A stretch of DNA of 64,000 bases from an uncultured Actinomycetota bacterium. Lineage in GTDB: Bacteria; Actinomycetota; Actinomycetes; Propionibacteriales; Nocardioidaceae. Shown piece after piece: positions 50,401 through 58,908 of the stretch; position 1 is the stretch's first letter, and each line of letters starts with the position of its first letter. Made by a program: the position numbers and the translations under genes. Below the pieces are notes generated by a model. It was not told where the DNA came from. It was given only the letters and a program-made list of their open reading frames with translations, and did no database searches. Location of the stretch: the NCBI GenBank assembly GCA_963760555.1, contig CAVXDJ010000017.1, positions 90 through 64,089 of the forward strand, in the 5' to 3' direction.

Positions 50401-50703
50401 GCGGCGGCCTACCAGCTGAGCATGATGAGCCACGCCGCCGACGACGAGGGCGCCGGCGGGGTCCGTCCGGTCTACGACCGTGACTACTGGGACTCCACGG
50501 TCGGCACCGACCGGTCCTTCGTCCACGACTACCGCTTCGGCGGCGGGGCGGGGGAGTGGACCGGCGACGGTGCGGCCAAGGACACCGACACCTCCGACCC
50601 GAACACCCTCGACGTGCTCGTGCCCGCCGGTCGGGACCAGGCGAGCGTGCTCGACTGGACCGCCGGCAGCCCGGTCGTCCTGCCCTGGGTGCCGCTGGGG
50701 TGA
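47458..50703 (+). CDS. Secreted glucodextranase / glucan 1,4-alpha-glucosidase (GH15) with Ig-like and DOMON-like C-terminal domains
   Basis: Signal peptide; WTTGAKDGIGT, SEVYYP, GYHLVWARDL, QLDE, QERWEE, RYNHDGYGE, PEQVWD, PLAWSMAQ and DPSGDDDGPGSYVYP; GTG 47458 with GGAG RBS preferred over 47425. Confidence 0.9.
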   Translation: MFSSRSSLSLSSLPRPTSRRVVGGLTAIVLAAVPGAVAAQPAWAATSASAPESGAAPGAPGDGATWTTGAKDGIGTSAGPASKVWFSLAGGALSEVYYPQVDQANVRDLQIVVTDGRSFTDVEDTDTRHRVRLLDERSLTYRQVDTDLDGRYRIVKTYVTDVHEASVVVDVRVTSLDGDRYSAYVLYDPALANSGLHDAGRTRGRTLIARDTSGAEPVASALSAQPAFRAVSHGFAGVSDGLTDLADDHRLDWRYDSAEPGNLVQTGLLGPQRRGQVRATLALSFAGTGGDAARAARASLRGSFAEVRRPYEQGWHRYLDGLRRDPRSVAADDALRTQYHVSAMTLRAHEDKTYRGANIASLTVPWGEAVDAGEAGVGGYHLVWARDLYQVATAQLAAGDRAAAGRSLDYLFDVQQKPDGSFPQNSLLDGTPYFGSLQLDEVALPIVLAGQLGRDDAGTWGHVKAAADFIVGHGPATPQERWEEEGGYSPSTIAAEIAGLVTAARVADANDEAGSATLYRAVADEWRRRVASWTVTSTGPLGDGRYFLRIGDNRDPDDGHQLEINNGGGTYDERAIVDGGFLDLVRLGVLPADDADVVGSLPELDGTLKQETPNGDLWYRYNHDGYGEKADGSPYDGTGVGRLWPLLSGERGEYALASGESADSYLRTMAAAANAGYMIPEQVWDGAAQDGFTPGEGTGSATPLAWSMAQFVRLARSMDAGRPVEQPRWVAERYTGGALPAGPSVTLVSPEDGAQTTEGAVTVGGSTDGETVYVTSGGSVVEVAVGPDGDFSAEVPVSLGTNTVTVAVLGADGGTSLVQRTVTSTNLGELVGAVDDPSGDDDGPGSYVYPANEAFVPGAFDVTRLAVHRDEANVSFAVTIDGDVTNPWGGNQMSVQRFDVYLRPEGADGAGGDPTVAARPGTNADLAAPYGFVVTADGFAGTALRDASGAVVAPAGLTAIPASHQVVVSVPRSALEGVDLAAAAYQLSMMSHAADDEGAGGVRPVYDRDYWDSTVGTDRSFVHDYRFGGGAGEWTGDGAAKDTDTSDPNTLDVLVPAGRDQASVLDWTAGSPVVLPWVPLG

Positions 50704-50727
50704 GCCGGGGGCCTAGATTGCGAGCCC

Positions 50728-51759
50728 GTGAGTGCCCAGGCCCCCTCCGCGGTGATCCTCGTCCGCGCGACGCAGTTCCTGCCCAACCCGGCCACGGCGG
50801 CCGACAACGCCTTCCAGGGCGACGTCCCGGCCGGTGACGGTCCCGTCGTGGTGTCGGCGCGCGCGGTCGCTGAGATGGACGCGGTGGCGACAGCGCTGCG
50901 CGGGGTCGGCGTCCGGGTCCACGTCTTCGACGACGACGACCACACCCGGCCCGACAGCGTCTTCCCGAACAACTGGGTCTCGACCCACGCCGGCGGCACC
51001 GTCGCGGTCTTCCCGATGTACGCCTCCAACCGGCGCCACGAGCGCCGCGCCGACGTGCTGGAGATGCTGAAGTCGCAGTACCGGGTGCAGACCATCGTGG
51101 ACTACTCCGGTCTCGAGCGCGACGGCATCTTCCTGGAGGGCACCGGCGCGATGGTCCTCGACCACGTCTCCCGTGTCGCGTACACCGCGCGCAGCCACCG
51201 CGCCGACACCCACGTCCTCGAGCGGTTCTGCACGGACTTCGGCTACGAACCGATGGCCTTCGACGCGGTCGACTCCCGTGGCGTGCCGGTCTACCACACC
51301 AACGTGATGGCCTGCGTCGGCACCGACGTGGCCCTCGTGGCGCTCTCGATGATCGCCGACCCCGTGCGGCGCGAGCAGGTCAGGGAGCGGCTCACCGTCA
51401 CCGGTCGGCGGGTCGTCGAGCTGAGCGAGGAGCAGGTGCGCTGCTTCGCGGGCAACGCCGTGGAGCTGTGCGGGCGCACACCCGCGGGTCGGCCCCGCTA
51501 CGTGATGGCCATGTCGGAGCGGGCGCGCCGGTGCCTGCTGCCCGACCAGGTCGCGGCGGTCGAGGAGTCGTGCGAGGTCGTCGCGGTCGACATCCCCACC
51601 ATCGAGCTCGCGGGCGGGTCGGTGCGGTGCATGATCGCCGGGGTCCACCTCGACCCACGGCCCCTCGACGTCGAGCCCGGCCTGACCGAGGCGGTCCGCG
51701 CGATCAACGAGGACAACCCCGTCACCGCCGACGGCCGGAGGGTCGCCGAGCGCGCCTGA
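50728..51759 (+). CDS. ctlX: Citrulline utilization hydrolase CtlX (amidinotransferase family)
   Basis: NPATAADNAFQ, PDSVFPNNWVS, FLEGTGAMVLDH, YHTNVM, FAGN and GGSVRCM. Confidence 0.88.
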   Translation: MSAQAPSAVILVRATQFLPNPATAADNAFQGDVPAGDGPVVVSARAVAEMDAVATALRGVGVRVHVFDDDDHTRPDSVFPNNWVSTHAGGTVAVFPMYASNRRHERRADVLEMLKSQYRVQTIVDYSGLERDGIFLEGTGAMVLDHVSRVAYTARSHRADTHVLERFCTDFGYEPMAFDAVDSRGVPVYHTNVMACVGTDVALVALSMIADPVRREQVRERLTVTGRRVVELSEEQVRCFAGNAVELCGRTPAGRPRYVMAMSERARRCLLPDQVAAVEESCEVVAVDIPTIELAGGSVRCMIAGVHLDPRPLDVEPGLTEAVRAINEDNPVTADGRRVAERA

Positions 51760-51794
51760 CCCGCGGGAGGGCAGGGTCGAGCGGACCGAGCGGC

Positions 51795-52871
51795 TCAGAC
51801 GGCGCGCACGCGGATGCGCGGGCACGCGTTGTTGACGTAGCCCTTGGGGTTCCACAGGGCGGCCTCGTCCTCCGGCTGCGTCGCGGCCGAGGAGTCCCAG
51901 GCGCGCACGAGGATCTCGTGGTCGCCGGCGTCGAGGTCGACCGTGGTGCGCCACTGCCGCCAGGCCCAGGGTCCGAGGTCGTCGAGCAGCTCGGCCTGGA
52001 CCCAGGTGCCGGCACCGTCGAGGGAGACGTCGACGCGGGTCACGTGGCGCTCCCCGCCGGCGAACGCGTGCCCGCGCACCTCGACAGCGCCCGCGGGCAC
52101 CGTCTCGCCGTGGGCGGGCGAGGTCACGTCGGCATTCAGCGCGACCAGCCCCAGTGGCGTCCCCACCCCGGGTCCGGCCGTGCCGTCGGGAGGCAGCAGC
52201 CGGTAGACCACGTGCTGGAAGTGGCCCGGCCACGGCTCGTCGCGGACCTCGATGCGTTCGAGCCACTTGACGCTGCGGGCACCGATGTAGCCGGGCACCA
52301 CGACGCGCAGCGGCGCGCCGTGGACGGGTGCGAGCGGTTCGCCGTTCATGCTCCAGGCGAGCAGGACCTCCGGGCGGGTCGCCTTGGCCAGCGGCACCGA
52401 GCCCGCGAAGAGCTGGGGTGGAGCGACCTCGGGGGCGAGGTCGGCGCCCTCGAACCCGACGTGCTGCGCGCCGTCGACCGGCCCCGCGAGCGCGAGGACG
52501 TCGGCCAGGGCGACCCCGGTCCAGGTGGCGGTGCCCGTGGCACCGGGTCCCCACGGCGCCTCCCCGGGGATGTCGCGCAGCGCGACGAGCCCCGCACGCC
52601 GGTTCCCGGCGCACTGGAGGGTGGCGGTGACGGTGCGCTCGCGGAACGCCTCGTGCAACGTGGTCAGCGACAGCTCCAGGTGACGCTCCACCGCCCCGCC
52701 GACGCGCAGCCGCCACGAGCCGGGGTCGATCGCGGGGACCGCACCGTGCGAGCGGACGTAGAACCCGTCGGTGGACGTCACGGGGTCGACCAGGGCGCCG
52801 AGCGGGCTCTCGGCGTTGAACGGCTCGTCCTCGTGGACGATCATGTCGGCGCGCTTGCCGTGCTGGGTCAT
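51795..52871 (-). CDS. Sulfite oxidase family molybdoenzyme (Mo domain plus dimerization domain, no heme domain)
   Basis: PFNAESP, FYVRSHG, LQCAGNRR (Mo-ligating Cys), HGAPLRVVVPGYIGARSVKWL and WNPKGYVNNA. Confidence 0.9.
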   Translation of the reverse strand: MTQHGKRADMIVHEDEPFNAESPLGALVDPVTSTDGFYVRSHGAVPAIDPGSWRLRVGGAVERHLELSLTTLHEAFRERTVTATLQCAGNRRAGLVALRDIPGEAPWGPGATGTATWTGVALADVLALAGPVDGAQHVGFEGADLAPEVAPPQLFAGSVPLAKATRPEVLLAWSMNGEPLAPVHGAPLRVVVPGYIGARSVKWLERIEVRDEPWPGHFQHVVYRLLPPDGTAGPGVGTPLGLVALNADVTSPAHGETVPAGAVEVRGHAFAGGERHVTRVDVSLDGAGTWVQAELLDDLGPWAWRQWRTTVDLDAGDHEILVRAWDSSAATQPEDEAALWNPKGYVNNACPRIRVRAV

Positions 52872-52923
52872 GGGCGCAGCGTAGGCCGCGGCGCGCTGCG
52901 CGCCGCGGCCCACACCCGCAGGG

Positions 52924-54750
52924 TCAGATCCGCACGGTGGTGCCGTCCAGCAGGGGCACGGACATCGAGAAGTTCTCGCCGTACGTCGCCCGCTGCTCCT
53001 CGAGCAGCCGCACCGCGACCTGCTCGCCGAGCCGGAAGGACTCGAGGTAGTCGCTGTAGTAGTGCACGCCGGCCCAGTTGCGCCCGATCGCGACGTTGGC
53101 GCCGACCTTGTTCAGCTCGCCCTCGACCGTGAGCGCCCGACCGCCGAGCGTCGCGGACACGTCGTGCAACGCGCTGCCGTCGGCGTCGGCCTCGTAGGCG
53201 ATCGGGTCGGTCGTGCCCGGGTGCAGCAACGGGGCGCCGGTGTCGAACCAGGCCTTCAGGACGGTCACGCACGCGCCCGCCACGGTGGCGTGTCCGGCGC
53301 CGTACGCCGGGTGCGCCGGCGAGCCCTCGGCGAAGGCCATCGGCAGCAGCCAGTTGTCCGCACCGTTGGCCGCGTCGAGCTCGTCCCCGAGTCCGGACGA
53401 CCCGGCGAACGCCGCCTCCATGCCGGCGACCGCGTCGAGCCGGCCGGCGACCACGCCGGCGTGGTTGCGCCGCTGGAACAGCCAGCCGCCCACCGCCTCG
53501 GGACGCAGCCGCCGGTGCACGTTGAACTTCTGGTAGCGCACCGCCTTGAGCGCCCGGGTCGCGACCTCGGTGACCAGGGTCAGGATGTGGGGTCCGCCGA
53601 ACTGCGCGAAACCTGACTGCTTGTCGATCCAGTCGGCCTTGCGGAAGGGCAGACCGGGGTCGGTCGGGGTCCCCAGGCCCAGCATGATCACGCAGGCGTT
53701 GAGGTAGGCCTCGTAGAGCGCGTCGTAGTGCACGAACGTCGCGAGGTCCCGCGGGCTCGCGACGAAGCGGTAGGCCACGGTGCTCTCGAGCGACTCGCGC
53801 CCGTTGAGCGCAGCGCCGTTCTGGACGTCGAGGAAGGTGGGCCAGTCGGTCAGGTAGTTCTGGGCCGTGGCGTGGCGGACCCGCTGGTCGACGCGCACGG
53901 CTCCGTAGGAGATCCGCCCGTCCTTGAGCTCGTGGTGGTGGTCGCGACCGTTGACCCCGCGGTTGCCGATGAGCATGAACTGGGAGACGTAGGGTCCGAC
54001 CTGCTCGCCGTGGGTGACGCCGCGGAAGACCTTGCCCAGCTCGACACCGCCGGTCCCGATGCCGTCGTCGGTGTAGACGCGCCGCCGCCGTCGCGAGGTC
54101 GCAAGGGCGTCGGTGGACTCCTCGAGCCGGTCGGTGCGGTCGCCGCGGAACCACCAGAACCGGGCCAGGGAGGTGCGGGCCCTCGTGATCGTCGACGACG
54201 TGGCCCAGTCGGCGAAGGGGACGTCGCGGCACAGCGCCATCCAGTAGTCCTCCGCCATCTCGGAGATCAGCTCCTGGCTGTCCAGCGCGGGGGCCGGGGG
54301 CATCGTCACCGACTGCGGGTCGCAGCCCTCGAGGCTGAAGTTGAGCCCGGCGCCCTGGCTCTCCCACGCCCGGATCCCCGGGGCCCCGAGCGGGTGCGTC
54401 GCAGCCCAGTCGAAGACGGGCTGGACCACGTCGGTCACGGGGTCCTTGACACGGGTGATCGCGCCGTCGGTCGTGAACGGCCCGGGCCCCATCCGCAGCG
54501 TCGCGAAGTCGCGGGCGTCCCCGGAGTCGATGGCCTTGACGAAGTCCTCGTAGTCCGCTGGGTCCCGGAGGAACCCGTGCTCGTCGTGCGGCAGGCACTT
54601 GGTGAAGCTCCCGACGTACGTCGGCTTTCCGGCTGCGTCGTGGTGGCGGCGCTCGTCGTTGTTGCTGCGGTGCGCCGGCGCGGGGTACGACGCGGCGCTC
54701 AGCGCCGCGCGGGTCCGGGTCTGCTCGGCCGCCTGCTGTCGGTAGGTCAT
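52924..54750 (-). CDS. Vanadium-dependent haloperoxidase (algal/cyanobacterial VBPO-like)
   Basis: SFTKCLPHD, EMAEDYWMALCRDVPF, GPYVSQF, KAVRYQKFNVHRRLRPE, HPAYGAGHA and RNWAGVHYYSD; AGGAG RBS before ATG 54750. Confidence 0.92.
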   Translation of the reverse strand: MTYRQQAAEQTRTRAALSAASYPAPAHRSNNDERRHHDAAGKPTYVGSFTKCLPHDEHGFLRDPADYEDFVKAIDSGDARDFATLRMGPGPFTTDGAITRVKDPVTDVVQPVFDWAATHPLGAPGIRAWESQGAGLNFSLEGCDPQSVTMPPAPALDSQELISEMAEDYWMALCRDVPFADWATSSTITRARTSLARFWWFRGDRTDRLEESTDALATSRRRRRVYTDDGIGTGGVELGKVFRGVTHGEQVGPYVSQFMLIGNRGVNGRDHHHELKDGRISYGAVRVDQRVRHATAQNYLTDWPTFLDVQNGAALNGRESLESTVAYRFVASPRDLATFVHYDALYEAYLNACVIMLGLGTPTDPGLPFRKADWIDKQSGFAQFGGPHILTLVTEVATRALKAVRYQKFNVHRRLRPEAVGGWLFQRRNHAGVVAGRLDAVAGMEAAFAGSSGLGDELDAANGADNWLLPMAFAEGSPAHPAYGAGHATVAGACVTVLKAWFDTGAPLLHPGTTDPIAYEADADGSALHDVSATLGGRALTVEGELNKVGANVAIGRNWAGVHYYSDYLESFRLGEQVAVRLLEEQRATYGENFSMSVPLLDGTTVRI

Positions 54751-54838
54751 CTCGCTCCTGAGGACGTGGTCGGCCCGGTGGCCGGCTCTCTGGGGAGGAG
54801 GGCACGGGCCGGTGGGTGATACCTCCGACGCGCGAGTA

Positions 54839-55594
54839 CTACGACGGCTGGTCGGTGTCGAGGCCACCCAGCAGCCGAGCGAGGCCGAGGCGCAGGGCAG
54901 CCGCGTCGGTGTCGGCGGCGACGAGGTCGGCCTCCGACGCCACCTCGAGCAGCTCCGGCAGGCCGGCCATGAAACCGGCGATCTTGCCCGCCTCGCGGGC
55001 CGCCGCGAGGACGTGGCGCAGTGCCTCGATCGTCTCCGGGGACCGGGTCGTCGGGAACCCGCAGGAGATGGTCAGGTCGTAGGGTCCGACGAAGACGCCG
55101 TCGACGCCGTCGACGCCGGTGATCTCGTGGACGTGCTCGAGTCCGGTCGCGGTCTCGATCATCGTCAGCACGAGGGGCGGCTGGGGTGCGTCGGTGAGGC
55201 CGAGGCCGGCTCGGCAGCCGCCGGTGCTGCGGGTGCCGTGCGGGGGTGTGCGGCAGGCCGCGACGATGGCACGGGCCTGCGCACCGGACTCCACGAGCGG
55301 CACGATGACGCCGTCGACGCCGGTGTCGAGCACGCGGCCCAACCCGGCGGGGTCGTGCGAGGCCACCCGGGCCAGCACGGGCAGGTCGGCTCGCTCGGCG
55401 ACGCGCAGGAGGTCGGGCAGGTCACGGGTCTCGAGGTTGCCGTGCTGCAGATCGACACCGAGCCAGTCCATCCCCGTGCCGAGCGCGACCTCGACGCCGT
55501 AGGCGTCGAGGAAGCCGATCCACAGGCCCCGGCGCAGCCCGGGTCCCTCGCCGCGGGCGGCGGCCTGCAGGGTCGTCCGCAGGTCGTGGGTCAT
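54839..55594 (-). CDS. HpcH/HpaI aldolase / citrate lyase family protein
   Basis: DWLGVDLQHG, RVLDTGVDGVIVPLV, P.GTRS, MIET and FVGPYDL. Confidence 0.88.
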   Translation of the reverse strand: MTHDLRTTLQAAARGEGPGLRRGLWIGFLDAYGVEVALGTGMDWLGVDLQHGNLETRDLPDLLRVAERADLPVLARVASHDPAGLGRVLDTGVDGVIVPLVESGAQARAIVAACRTPPHGTRSTGGCRAGLGLTDAPQPPLVLTMIETATGLEHVHEITGVDGVDGVFVGPYDLTISCGFPTTRSPETIEALRHVLAAAREAGKIAGFMAGLPELLEVASEADLVAADTDAAALRLGLARLLGGLDTDQPS

Positions 55595-55630
55595 CGGTCC
55601 TCCGCGTCGTCGACTGCCGGTCGCGCCATG

Positions 55631-56533
55631 CTAGGACGCTCTCCGCGCGCTCCCGGTACCGACGTCGGTGGCGCTGATCCCGGCGTTGCGCTCGGCCAGC
55701 TCGACGACGTTCTTGAGGAGCATCGCGCGGGTCATCGGCCCCACCCCGCCGGTGGCCCGGGTCCACCGCCCGGCGACGCCGGCCACGTCGGGATGCACGT
55801 CGCCGAGGATGCCCTCCACGGTCCGGGTGATGCCGACGGAGAGGACGGTGGCACCGCTCTTGATCCAGTCCGGCCGGACCAGGTGCGCGACGCCGGCGGC
55901 GGCGATCACGACGTCGGCCACCCGGGTGTGCGCGGCGACGTCGGGCGTCGCCTCGTTGACCAGTGTCACGGTGGCGTGCTCGCTGGGCCGCACCAGCATC
56001 AGGGCGAGCGGTCGTCCGACGGTCGTCCCGCAACCGATCACGCAGATCTGGGCGCCGGTGACGGGTACGTCGTTGCGCCGCAGGAGCTCGAGGATGCCTC
56101 GCGGGGTGCACGGGAGGGTGCCGGCCTGACCCAGCACCAGCCGGCCGAGATTGACCGGGTGCAGGCCGTCCGCGTCCTTGTCGGGGTCGATGGCTCCCAG
56201 CACCGCGTGCATGTCGACGGGGTCGGGCAGCGGCAGCTGGACGATGAACCCCGAGCACCGGGGGTCCTCGTTGAGCTCGCGCACGGCGGCCAGGACGTCG
56301 GCGGTGCTCGCCGAGCCGCTCAGCTCGACCCGCATCGACTCGATGCCGACCTGGTCGCAGTCACGGTGCTTGCCGGCGACGTAGGAGCGCGAGCCGGGGT
56401 CGTCGCCGACCAGGACCGTCCCGAGACCGGGGGTACGGCCCAGCGCCGTGAGCGCCGCGATCCGCGGACGCAGGGACTCCTTGACCTCGGTGGCGGCGAG
56501 GTTCCCGTCGATCAGGGTGGCGTGGTGGTTCAC
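55631..56533 (-). CDS. folD: Bifunctional 5,10-methylene-THF dehydrogenase/cyclohydrolase
   Basis: [48 protein letters not shown] and GGVGPMT; start uncertain (56533 or 56563). Confidence 0.92.
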   Translation of the reverse strand: MNHHATLIDGNLAATEVKESLRPRIAALTALGRTPGLGTVLVGDDPGSRSYVAGKHRDCDQVGIESMRVELSGSASTADVLAAVRELNEDPRCSGFIVQLPLPDPVDMHAVLGAIDPDKDADGLHPVNLGRLVLGQAGTLPCTPRGILELLRRNDVPVTGAQICVIGCGTTVGRPLALMLVRPSEHATVTLVNEATPDVAAHTRVADVVIAAAGVAHLVRPDWIKSGATVLSVGITRTVEGILGDVHPDVAGVAGRWTRATGGVGPMTRAMLLKNVVELAERNAGISATDVGTGSARRAS

Positions 56534-56540
56534 CGGACCA

Positions 56541-56866
56541 TCATCGCTCACGAGGGTCGACACCGATCCTGCCCACCACCGTCGGCGGGCTGATCGCGGT
56601 GTCGAGCTGGCGCGCGAGCGGCGCGGGGAGCGCGAAGGCCCAGGTCAGACCGGCGCGCAGCGCGAGACGGTGGAGGCCGAGACAGGCCAGGACCGTGACG
56701 GCGGTCGCTGCGAGCGGGTAGATCGTCGCGGCGGCCCAGGACCCCGGCCCGACCCCGTCCCCGACGTGGAGGGGAAGGTGCATGAGGGCCCCGAGCAGCG
56801 GTAGGTGGAGCACGTAGATCGGCAAGGTCGCGCGCCCCAGCAGGACGAGGCCCGCGGCAGACCCCT
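56541..56866 (-). pseudogene. C-terminal remnant of an acyltransferase-3 family membrane protein
   Basis: LGRATLPIYVLHLPLL..YPLAATAV..WAFALP; no matching N-terminal region upstream. Confidence 0.6.
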
Positions 56867-57092
56867 GACCCGGGCCAGCGTCGACTGACGACGCCCTCGG
56901 GCCCGGGGCAGCGTGCGACTGACTGTCGTTGCCGCTCTCGGACACACGACTGCAGCACGGCCCATGCCTTGCTCGGTGACGTCCGGAGACGGGTGCAGGC
57001 AGCCAGACAGCGACCGCATCGCTCCCGCCAGCTCGGTGTCCTCGAGGACGGGCTCGACGCGGACCCTGCGTCGTGTTCCGATCCGCCTCCTA

Positions 57093-57231
57093 CGGTGAGA
57101 TCGTCGATGTGGTCGAGGACTGCAGAGATGAAGGCCCGAGCGACGTCGGTCGTCGATGCCTTGGTCATCCATTCGTCGAGCTCGTCGAGCTGCTGCTCGA
57201 CCTCCGGAGTGACGTCGATCCGCCCCGTCAC
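57093..57231 (-). pseudogene. N-terminal fragment of a ParE/RelE-family toxin
   Basis: VTGRIDVTPEVEQQLDELDEWMTKASTTDVARAFISAVLDHIDDL, then similarity is lost; GTG overlaps the antitoxin TGA. Confidence 0.62.
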
Positions 57232-57486
57232 GAACGGGCGGCCCACTTGCTTTCGAGCCGAGCCCGAACATCCTCGGCCGGGATCGCTCGCGACGGGTCA
57301 GCCCTCAGCGCCTCATACGCGCCAGCTGCGTCTGTGCGGAGCCACGACTCGGTCCCGCCGTCGAGATCCTCGTCTGGATCGATCAATTGGAACAAGGCGC
57401 AGAGCCACGTGCTTGCGGGCGTCGGGGGGGGGTGGGGGGGGCAGAGACATGCCGGCCTCGTAAAGCTCCAACTCGCTCAATGACAT
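57228..57486 (-). pseudogene. Antitoxin (addiction module/ParD-like), frameshifted, with a G9-T-G8 tract
   Basis: MSLSELELYEAGMSLP(n)DARKHVALRL, then in the +1 frame IDPDEDLDGGTESWLRTDAAGAYEALRADPSRAIPAEDVRARLESKWAARS. Confidence 0.62.
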
Positions 57487-57572
57487 GCCCATACTCCACG
57501 CCGACGCGCGTGCGATCAGCTTGAACGACGAGGTGAGATCGCAGCTGGCCTTCCGCGCCTCAGCCTAGGGCT

Positions 57573-57992
57573 CTAGGAAGGCACCGTGAGCTCGGTCTGG
57601 AGGACCTCTTCGTTTGGAGCAGGGGCGGACACGTGCATCTGGTAGATCAGGACTTCGCCATCGACCAGTCGCCCCGCCAGGGTTACCCGCACCATCACAG
57701 TCGACCCGTCCTGCAAGTGCATGGTGGGTCGGTCTGCGACAACCAGCAATTCGCCGTGCTCTGCTGCAACCACGTCGCCTGTGGTCACGGTGATGCCTGC
57801 TGCGCCCATCTCGGCCAACTGCGCTCGCATGACAGGCACGATCACGTCCTTGCCTTGCATCCACTCACCTTCATCGGTGCCGATGCAAAGCGCATCTTCG
57901 GCAAGGTGGTCTTCCCAGCTGGACATGTCACCGCTGGCGAAGGAGGCGTAGATGTCTGCGAGGAGGCTGACGATGTCGTTGTGATGGCTCAT
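57573..57992 (-). CDS. NTF2/SnoaL-like protein
   Basis: IYASFASGD..LAEDALCIGTDEGEW..G...RVTL....DGEVLIYQMHVSAP. Confidence 0.8.
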   Translation of the reverse strand: MSHHNDIVSLLADIYASFASGDMSSWEDHLAEDALCIGTDEGEWMQGKDVIVPVMRAQLAEMGAAGITVTTGDVVAAEHGELLVVADRPTMHLQDGSTVMVRVTLAGRLVDGEVLIYQMHVSAPAPNEEVLQTELTVPS

Positions 57993-58056
57993 GGGTAGAG
58001 CATCCGCGAGACGGCGTGCTCTGCCTAGAGGCACTCGTCGCGGAGTATGACGATTC

Positions 58057-58653
58057 CTAGGCCGAGCGACCAGCGCGCACTTCGCCCGCCACGGCTGCTT
58101 TGATCTGCTTGACCTGGTCCTCGGGGAGCGTGAGCCTTTCAAAGGCCGCGTCGAGCAACTCCACGAGGAGCGTCATCTTCGCTTCCTCCAGCCGCACTGA
58201 CGTCCGGCGATCCCGTCCGCGTGATCGAGGCCGAAGTACCGCGAGCGCCGTTCTATCAGGTGGAGCCCCTTGTCGATGGGCGTCCAGCTTGGCCTTGGGT
58301 GGGATGACGTAGACCACCTCTGCCGCCGAGTCGTGGCGCACCGGCATGAGCTTGGCCGAATCGAGGAACTGCCTCACCAGGTCGAGGTCACCGAGCGCGA
58401 ACGGCATCAAGGTGTCTTCCAGGGCAGAGAGGGTCGCAGCTTCCATGGCTCGGAGTTCATCAAGGTTGCTGGCTGTGTGGCGGGCCTTGACTACCCGGTC
58501 ACGAGTTCGGACCACCGCTCAGTGATCGGCGTACCCGACAAGCTCAGCGGTTTGGTAGGTGTCATAGCCGTGGCGTAGGTAGTCCATGACCTGTCGTTCA
58601 CGCTCACCGACGTCTCTGGCCCCCATGCTCAGACCATCAGCACTCTCAGCCAT
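58057..58653 (-). pseudogene. Phage small-terminase-like HTH protein with an in-frame TGA and a compensating frameshift pair
   Basis: RERQVMDYLRHGYDTYQTAELVGYADH*AVVRTRDR..DELRAMEAATLSALEDTLMPFALGD; alternative frame IDKGLHLIERRSRYFGLDHADG; GGAG RBS before ATG 58653. Confidence 0.5.
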
Positions 58654-58856
58654 TGGTGCTCCGCTTCGGGTCATCCTGATCTGACTGAAGCCAGTCGGGG
58701 TCGTGCCGCAACGCCGAGACCGAAGCCCCATGGTGATCCAACACTGGTCCAACCGAACAACGACAAACACCACTGACCTACGAACACTCACGATCGGTGT
58801 TTCAGCAGGTCAGCGGCGTTTTGGCCAACATCGCTCGGAATCTGAGCGCGCGGGGA

Positions 58857-58872
58857 TCAGATGTCGTAGTAG
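58857..58872 (-). other. Putative att core resembling the 3' end of glnA (..YYDI*)
   Basis: Minus strand CTACTACGACATCTGA, 36 nt past the integrase stop, flanked by CTGACCTGC/GCAGGTCAG motifs. Confidence 0.55.
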
Positions 58873-58908
58873 TGAATACCTCAGTGCGCTGACCTGCGAA
58901 AACGCCGT

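Noticed and set aside
2242-56593. Many long Arg/Gly/Pro-rich overlapping ORFs (e.g. 2242-4572, 22947-25892, 29197-32169, 39623-42019, 54812-56593)
   Set aside because: Stop-poor shadow frames typical of high-GC DNA, overlapping well-supported genes and lacking recognisable motifs
58516-58521. In-frame TGA as selenocysteine or programmed readthrough
   Set aside because: No redox-motif context, and the same gene has other lesions; a nonsense mutation or sequencing error is simpler
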